Source: Flavobacteriales bacterium (GTDB taxonomy: Bacteria > Bacteroidota > Bacteroidia > UBA10329). Taken from it: a stretch of DNA of 64,000 nt. The number at the start of each line of letters is the position of its first letter. Within the stretch, counting starts at the first letter, position 1. Location: positions 7,499 to 71,498 of the forward strand of contig JAGYJL010000005.1 of NCBI GenBank assembly GCA_018402015.1, read 5' to 3'. Positions 57,985 to 64,000 of this stretch are shown one piece after another. Both the position numbers and the translations under genes were made by a program. The notes under the pieces are model-generated. The model made no database searches. It saw nothing but the letters and a program-made list of their open reading frames with translations, and was not told the DNA's origin.

Positions 57985-59322
57985 ATGTTCGAGAATTTAA
58001 CGGAGAAATTTGAAAGCGCGTTTAAAACGCTGAAAGGAGAAGGTAAGATCACGGAGATAAACGTGGCCGAAACCATGAAAGAGGTAAGACGTGCCTTGCT
58101 CGATGCTGACGTTAATTTCAAAATAGCTAAAGAGTTTACCGAAAGAGTAAAGGAAAAAGCGCTAGGGCAGGATGTGCTTACTGCTGTAAAGCCAGGCCAG
58201 TTAATGGTGAAGATCACCAAAGATGAACTTACCGCGCTTATGGGAGGTGCAACCGTTGATATCAACCTAGATGCAAAACCAGCGGTAATTCTGATTGCAG
58301 GACTACAAGGTTCGGGTAAAACAACATTTACAGGTAAACTGGCCAATTACCTCAAATCCAAAAAACAGAAAAACCCATTGTTGGTGGCCTGTGATGTGTA
58401 TAGACCAGCTGCGATCGATCAGCTTAAGGTTTTAGGAGAACAGGTTGGCGCGCATGTTTACACAGAAGAAGGGAACAAGAATCCAGTAGAGATCGCTCAG
58501 AATGCGATCAGTTATGCCAAGGCCAATGGCTACAACGTTGTAGTTGTGGATACTGCTGGTCGATTGGCGGTTGATGAGGAAATGATGAACGAGATCGATC
58601 GCGTTCATAAGGCCATCAAACCTCAGGAGACCCTTTTTGTGGTCGATTCTATGACAGGTCAAGACGCAGTGAATACGGCTAAGGCCTTCAATGATCGTTT
58701 GAATTTCGATGGTGTTGTACTTACCAAGTTAGATGGTGACACCAGAGGTGGTGCTGCCTTATCTATTCGTTCCGTTGTCAATAAGCCGATCAAGTTTGTT
58801 GGTATTGGAGAAAAGTTGGATGCGTTGGACGTATTCCATCCGGATCGAATGGCAGATAGGATTCTTGGCATGGGCGATGTGGTTTCGCTTGTTGAACGTG
58901 CTCAAGAGCAGTTTGATGAGGAAAAAGCGCGGAAGCTTCAGAAGAAGATAGCCAAGAACACATTCGATTTCAATGACTTTCTCGATCAGATCAACCAGAT
59001 CAAGAAGATGGGTAACATCAAAGATCTTATGGGTATGATACCAGGAATGGGAAAGGCACTTAAAGATGTTGATATTGACGATGATGCTTTCAAGCAGGTA
59101 GAGGCCATTATTGGTTCCATGACACCCTTAGAAAGATCTAATCCGCAATTGATCAATGGATCAAGAAGAAAACGAATTGCCGATGGTAGTGGTTCTACTA
59201 TTCAGGATGTGAACAGATTGCTTAAGCAATTTGAAGAAAGCCGTAAGATGATGCGCATGTTCTCCAATAAAGGAGCAATGAAAAACATGATGCGTAATAA
59301 TCCGCTTGCGCGAAAGGGATAA
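57985..59322 (+). CDS. ffh: Signal recognition particle protein Ffh
   Basis: GLQGSGKTTF, DTAGRL, TKLDGDTRGGAALS and the C-terminal M-domain. Confidence 0.95.
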   Translation: MFENLTEKFESAFKTLKGEGKITEINVAETMKEVRRALLDADVNFKIAKEFTERVKEKALGQDVLTAVKPGQLMVKITKDELTALMGGATVDINLDAKPAVILIAGLQGSGKTTFTGKLANYLKSKKQKNPLLVACDVYRPAAIDQLKVLGEQVGAHVYTEEGNKNPVEIAQNAISYAKANGYNVVVVDTAGRLAVDEEMMNEIDRVHKAIKPQETLFVVDSMTGQDAVNTAKAFNDRLNFDGVVLTKLDGDTRGGAALSIRSVVNKPIKFVGIGEKLDALDVFHPDRMADRILGMGDVVSLVERAQEQFDEEKARKLQKKIAKNTFDFNDFLDQINQIKKMGNIKDLMGMIPGMGKALKDVDIDDDAFKQVEAIIGSMTPLERSNPQLINGSRRKRIADGSGSTIQDVNRLLKQFEESRKMMRMFSNKGAMKNMMRNNPLARKG

Positions 59323-59463
59323 ACTCCTGGTGTTAAGAATTTCAGAAAGAATTGTTCATCGGTCGATCATAGACGGATTGTCTTTGCATTGACTATTGTT
59401 ACGATTTTCGCGTGAAACACGTAGGAAATGTAAATTGAATGTTATATACTTGTTTGTGCACAA

Positions 59464-60360
59464 ATGGCAATGTTACTGGACGGAAAGAAAATATCGGACG
59501 AAGTTAAAGCTGAGTTAGCTGTAGAGGTTAATAAGCTTATCTCATCTGGATTGCGTGCTCCACACTTGGCCGCCATTCTGGTTGGTAATGATGGTGCCAG
59601 TGAAACGTATGTTTCCAGTAAGGTGAAAGCGTGCGAGCAGATCGGCTTTGGGTCAACGTTGGTCAGGTTACCGGCAGATGTTTCAGAGGAGCGGCTGTTG
59701 GCAGAGATTGATGCCATCAATAACAATGATGAAATCGATGGACTGATAGTTCAATTGCCACTTCCTAAGCACATCAATGAGCAAAAGGTTACCGATCATG
59801 TGGTTCCGGAAAAAGACGTTGATGGTTTTCATCCCGTCAATGTTGGTAAGCTTGTTCTTGGACTTCCAACTTTTGTATCTGCTACTCCCAAAGGAATTAT
59901 GGAGCTGCTAAAGCGCTACAATATTGAAACCAGTGGTAAGCACTGCGTGGTTTTGGGTAGAAGCAATATCGTTGGTACACCAATGGCAAATCTGCTGAGT
60001 AGAAATAGCAATCCTGGTAATTGTACTGTTACCCTTTGTCATAGCCGAACAAAGAATTTGGCGGAGTTTACACGCTCTGCCGATATTCTTGTAGCTGCTT
60101 TGGGCAAAGCCGAATTTGTAACAGCCGACATGGTCAAAGACGGGGTGGTTGTGATTGACGTGGGCATTACCAGAGTAGACGATGTCAACAATCCTCGAGG
60201 TTATGTGTTGAAAGGAGATGTTGCGTTTGATGAGGTTGAACCGAAGTCATCCTTCATTACTCCGGTACCAGGCGGTGTTGGTAGAATGACCATTGCAGCT
60301 TTATTGCAGAATACATTACAAGCAAGACTAAATAGTTTACAAACCCAGTTAATTTCATAA
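59464..60360 (+). CDS. folD: Bifunctional methylenetetrahydrofolate dehydrogenase/cyclohydrolase
   Basis: [44 protein letters not shown] and [10 protein letters not shown]. Confidence 0.95.
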   Translation: MAMLLDGKKISDEVKAELAVEVNKLISSGLRAPHLAAILVGNDGASETYVSSKVKACEQIGFGSTLVRLPADVSEERLLAEIDAINNNDEIDGLIVQLPLPKHINEQKVTDHVVPEKDVDGFHPVNVGKLVLGLPTFVSATPKGIMELLKRYNIETSGKHCVVLGRSNIVGTPMANLLSRNSNPGNCTVTLCHSRTKNLAEFTRSADILVAALGKAEFVTADMVKDGVVVIDVGITRVDDVNNPRGYVLKGDVAFDEVEPKSSFITPVPGGVGRMTIAALLQNTLQARLNSLQTQLIS

Positions 60361-60362
60361 TC

Positions 60363-60893
60363 ATGTCAGTTAAAGTCAAACTCAAAAACAGAGAAGACAA
60401 GTATGTAATACTTGACGAAAAGACGCATGAGGATATCCAAAATGATCCTTATTTAACATCCATCAAATTCTTGGACAATCTTCGCGCGCACTCAAATGGT
60501 TACGGTGTTTTCCAACGTTGTATTACAACGAAGAAAGGACCTGTTTATGAAACAATCTATCTGCACAAGCACATTGCAGAAAAGTTCGTTGAGAAACCTA
60601 AAAGCGATAGAAAGTTGTTTGTTCGTTTCATAGACGGTGACGTCCTTAATGTTCAATTGGAGAACCTGGAATGGGTTACCATGAACACGCTAAGACGTCA
60701 GATGAAGAATTTCAAGAGTAAGACCGGTTACAGAGGTGTTACGAAAGAAAAGAATCGCTTCCGTGCAGTTATCTATCATGAGCGTAAAGCACACAATCTT
60801 GGGTTTTTCGACACTGCCGAAGAAGCCGCTATTGCTTACAATAAGAAATCAAGAGAACTGTTCGGAGAAACAGGTAGCTTGAATAAAGTTTAA
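60363..60893 (+). CDS. HNH_3-like (catalytic residues degenerate) plus AP2 DNA-binding domain protein, the architecture of homing-endonuclease/phage-associated AP2 proteins
   Basis: NGYGVFQRCITTKKGPVYETIYLHKHIAE...VRFIDGDVLNVQLENLEWVT follows the HNH_3 layout, but with F in place of the canonical His and LNVQ for NN. The C-terminal YRGVTKEKNRFRAVIYHERKAHNLGFFDTAEEAAIAYNKKSRELFGE is a clear AP2 domain. It starts 3 nt after folD. Confidence 0.7.
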   Translation: MSVKVKLKNREDKYVILDEKTHEDIQNDPYLTSIKFLDNLRAHSNGYGVFQRCITTKKGPVYETIYLHKHIAEKFVEKPKSDRKLFVRFIDGDVLNVQLENLEWVTMNTLRRQMKNFKSKTGYRGVTKEKNRFRAVIYHERKAHNLGFFDTAEEAAIAYNKKSRELFGETGSLNKV

Positions 60894-60914
60894 GACTAGT
60901 TTTACTAAAGTGAA

Positions 60915-60946
60915 AGCGTCTGGTTAAATGACCAGACGCTTTTTTT
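60915..60946. terminator. Bidirectional rho-independent terminator between the AP2 gene and the convergent GHKL-like gene
   Basis: A perfect 10-bp stem agcgtctggt / accagacgct with loop taaatg, followed by T6. Confidence 0.6.
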
Positions 60947-61574
60947 ATGCCGTTTCAGTAGCTACGGTTACCTGCATGCTGAGGAAACTTACTTCATTAT
61001 CAATAGGATCGATCTGATGTTTGATCTGATTTCCACTTCGCTTATAGATGTCCATTAAACCAAGTCCTGCACCACCCTTTTCAGAGTATTCCGACTTGCC
61101 GAGTTTGTCGCTGTAGATCTCGCGCATTTCGCTGTGGTCCCAGCTATTGATCTCCTTGATTTTCGACTCGAAATCTGGAATCTTCTCATTAGCGATCCTA
61201 TTTCCGGTAACTATGAAAAAATCTTCTTCATGCCGTCCGAGTAGCAGGATGCTCGCAACTTCAGCCCTCGCCTCATTTCCCGATGCAGAATGATTGACAA
61301 CGTTCTGTAGACATTCTACCAATATGTTGAAAACTCGTTTTCGAAGCTTTTTCTCCTCGCCACTCTGAGCAAGTTTCAGTTCGGTAAGTGAAAGGAGTTG
61401 TTGAACCGTCTCTTCGCTGATGTGGTCTCTGTATGCAAGCAGCAGCTCGTTTTCAGACATCATCCGATCAATATCAAAATACTGGTCTACGCGGCTCAAC
61501 TTGGATTTTTGGTTTGGTTGAAGAACTCTACGCACTGAATGATTAAAAGTTATACTCAAACTCAAATTTTTCAC
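60945..61574 (-). CDS. GHKL-type ATPase-fold protein resembling SiaB-family partner-switch kinases. No partner gene is present.
   Basis: EKGGAGLGLMDIY (G2-box-like) in the C-terminal half and an α-helical N-terminal half. No SiaC/DUF1987 or PP2C gene lies adjacent. Confidence 0.45.
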   Translation of the reverse strand: MKNLSLSITFNHSVRRVLQPNQKSKLSRVDQYFDIDRMMSENELLLAYRDHISEETVQQLLSLTELKLAQSGEEKKLRKRVFNILVECLQNVVNHSASGNEARAEVASILLLGRHEEDFFIVTGNRIANEKIPDFESKIKEINSWDHSEMREIYSDKLGKSEYSEKGGAGLGLMDIYKRSGNQIKHQIDPIDNEVSFLSMQVTVATETA

Positions 61575-61600
61575 ATCGCCTTAATGGATACTTTAGCAGA

Positions 61601-62248
61601 ATGAAAGTTCTTGAACTTGACGAAGCCACCTCAAAGCTCTTAGAGCAGGGTAGGGTGCTGCCTGTAATGGAAGAGTTCTACACTGTTCAAGGAGAAGGAT
61701 TTCATACCGGAAAGGCAGCATACTTCATTCGAATCGGAGGTTGTGATGTGGGATGTCATTGGTGTGATGTGAAAGAAAGTTGGGATGCATCTGTTCACCC
61801 ACTGGTAGAGGTGGATTCTGTTGTGAAAAACGCTGCGGATCAACCTGCGAAAACGGTTGTAATAACAGGCGGAGAGCCAATGATCTTCAACTTGGATTAT
61901 CTGACGGAGAAACTTCGTGATGCTGGATTAAAGGTGCATATTGAAACATCTGGCGCACATCCTTTCTCTGGAGCGTTTGATTGGGTCTGCCTTTCACCCA
62001 AAAAGACAGCTCCCCCTAAAGAAGAATATTATAATCAGGCACATGAATTGAAGGTAATTGTTCATAATCGGCACGATTTTGACTGGGCAAATCAACACGC
62101 AGACAAAGTTTCGAGCAATTGCCAGCTCTATTTACAGCCCGAATGGAGTAAGCGCGAAGAAATGATGCCGGCCATTATCGACTACGTAATGAGCAATCCG
62201 AAGTGGAACATCTCGTTGCAGAGTCATAAATACATGAACATTCCTTAG
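61601..62248 (+). CDS. queE: 7-carboxy-7-deazaguanine synthase (radical SAM)
   Basis: FYTVQGEGFHTGKAAYFIRIGGCDVGCHWCDVKESW (the Cx3Cx2C-like cluster binding motif of QueE), 215 aa. Confidence 0.85.
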   Translation: MKVLELDEATSKLLEQGRVLPVMEEFYTVQGEGFHTGKAAYFIRIGGCDVGCHWCDVKESWDASVHPLVEVDSVVKNAADQPAKTVVITGGEPMIFNLDYLTEKLRDAGLKVHIETSGAHPFSGAFDWVCLSPKKTAPPKEEYYNQAHELKVIVHNRHDFDWANQHADKVSSNCQLYLQPEWSKREEMMPAIIDYVMSNPKWNISLQSHKYMNIP

Positions 62249-64000
62249 TGAGAAGAATAGCAGTCATACTACTCGGTTCGTTACTCATGTTCGCCAGTCC
62301 AGCGCTGGCGCAGCGAGAGTACTCAACCAATTCGAAAAAGGCGATCAAACTCTTTGAAGAAGCCTTGAAGTATTACAGCGCCAAGCGCAATTCAGAAGCC
62401 TTGGATATTCTTCAGAAGGCTATTAAGGCCGATGATCAGTTTGTGGAGGCCTACGCAGTTTCTGGCGATTGTTACTCGGATATAGGCGATCTGAAAAATG
62501 CCATCGCATCCTACCAAAAGGTTGTGGATATAAGTCCTGATTTCATGGCAACTTCCTATAAGCAGTTGGCCGATGTGCAGTTCAGGACAGGCGACTATAA
62601 AGCTGCGCTGGGCAATTATCAGATCTTCATGACCAAAAAAAGGGTCAATCCGAAGATAAGAGAAGAGGCTGAGCGTTATTTGAAGAATGCCGAATTCGGT
62701 GCTGTAATGAAGGAAAGACCAGTGCCATTCGACCCTAAGAATCTAGGTCCATCTGTGAATACAGATCAGTACGAATATTTTCCTGTTTTAACTGCAGACG
62801 AGCAGACCCTGGTCTTTACCAGAAATCAGCGTCAAAGTGCTGGCATGGATTACCAAGAGGATTTCTACATCAGTTTCTCTGATGGTGGAGATTGGACACA
62901 GGCTGTAAACCTTGGTAAACCGATCAATACAGACGACAACGAAGGTGCGCAGACAATTACTGCCGATGGCAAACAGCTTTTTTTCATTGGTTGTAATCGG
63001 AAGACCGGTTTAGGCAGCTGCGATATCTATCGCTCCTTGCGCAATGGTAAAAATTGGGGAAATCCAGAGAACCTTGGAAGCCCAGTCAATTCATCCAAAT
63101 GGGAAAGCCAGCCAAGTATTTCTGCTGATGGCAAAACGCTTTACTTCGTGAGTAACAGATCAGGTGGTTTGGGCGGCATGGATATTTGGGTCACGCAGCT
63201 TGCTCCCAATGGAGAATGGACCATCCCACGAAATCTTGGCGAGCCGATCAACACACCATTTTCAGAGGAAACCCCATTCATCCATCCTGATGGAAAAACC
63301 TTGTATTTCACTTCCAATGGACACGTTGGAATGGGAGAAAAAGACATCTACGTTACTAGAATGGACTCGGTTGGGGTTTGGAGTACACCACAGAACTTGG
63401 GCTATCCGATCAATACTTGGAATGATGAGCAAGGTCTTTTTGTTGCGGCAAGTGGCGAGAATGCCTACTTCAGTTCAGATAGGGAAGGAGGCTTGGGAAA
63501 ACTCGATCTATATTCATTTAAACTTTACGATGAGGTTAGGCCGACCCGTGTTACGTATGTAAAAGGAAAGGTTGTAGATAAAGTGACAGGTAAACCGCTG
63601 GCAGCCAAATTCGAACTAATCGATATTGAAACTTCCGAAGTTGTGATCGAATCTGGTTCAGACCCGATCAACGGAAGTTTTCTGGTTACCCTGCCAGTAG
63701 ATCACTCATACGCTCTCAACGTTTCAAAAGACCAATATCTATTCTATTCCGAACATTTTTCGCTACCGAAGGAACACGATATCTCCAAGCCATACAGAAT
63801 GGATGTGCCACTACAACCGATCAAATACGGAGAAAAGGTTGTATTGAAGAACATTTTCTTCGAAACCGCTTCGTACGACTTGCTCCCAGAGTCTCAAGTA
63901 GAATTGAATAAACTGGTTGCTTTCATGGTCAACAATCCGACCATAAACATTGAGATCGGAGGGCATACCGATAATGTAGGAAAGCCAGAGGACAATCAAT
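62249..64000 (+). CDS. OmpA-family protein with N-terminal TPR and TolB-like (PD40) β-propeller repeats, 3'-partial. It runs off the window end and is not in the supplied ORF track.
   Basis: My own translation from a GTG at 62249 (VRRIAVILLGSLLMFASPALAQ...) is stop-free to 63999. It shows TPR-like helices, repeated DGKxLYFxSNR...GGxDIY PD40 units, and the start of an OmpA_C domain (NIFFETASYDLLPESQVELNKLVAFM...GGHTDNVG). Confidence 0.7.

Overview
This 64 kb window is a chromosomal segment from a Bacteroidetes genome of the Flavobacteriia/Cytophagia type, judged from T9SS type-A and type-B (CHU_C) C-terminal sorting domains, TAnnTTTG-like promoter motifs and roughly 42-45% GC by eye. Most of it is a housekeeping backbone on both strands: amt, SIMPL, DUF1573, NamZ/DUF1343, cdaA, tpiA-prmA, guaA, hemF, ftsK with a LolA-like gene, speA with two pentein-fold hydrolases divergent from argS, ffh, folD and queE. 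Three regions stand out. (1) Between about 3.1 and 13.5 kb, six conserved genes (a prenyltransferase-repeat protein, an aminotransferase, a LolE/FtsX permease, a SAM methyltransferase, folP and a DUF1599 protein) carry frameshifts or in-frame stops, while interleaved and downstream genes, including ORFs of 4.4-4.9 kb, are intact. (2) From about 22.0 to 25.7 kb lies a roughly 3.6 kb islet bounded by an intact tRNA-Arg(ACG) and a direct repeat of its last ~30 nt plus terminator. It holds the C-terminal remnant of an IS200/RAYT-like transposase, a T9SS β-propeller protein with an internal G8 tract, a GC-rich (~56%) unknown 321-aa gene, and seven copies of a 42 bp in-frame minisatellite in that gene's upstream region. 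Two YwqK/MORN-like lipoproteins follow the islet. (3) From 27 to 48 kb, four giant T9SS type-B (CHU_C) cell-surface proteins of 1629, 1165, 1416 and 1122 aa are interleaved with an M15 peptidase, guaA, a LysM protein and hemF. A degenerate HNH_3+AP2 protein sits 3 bp after folD. No CRISPR, rRNA, intact transposase or integrase, or recognisable defence or toxin operon is visible. The islet and the disrupted-gene zone are the most unusual parts.
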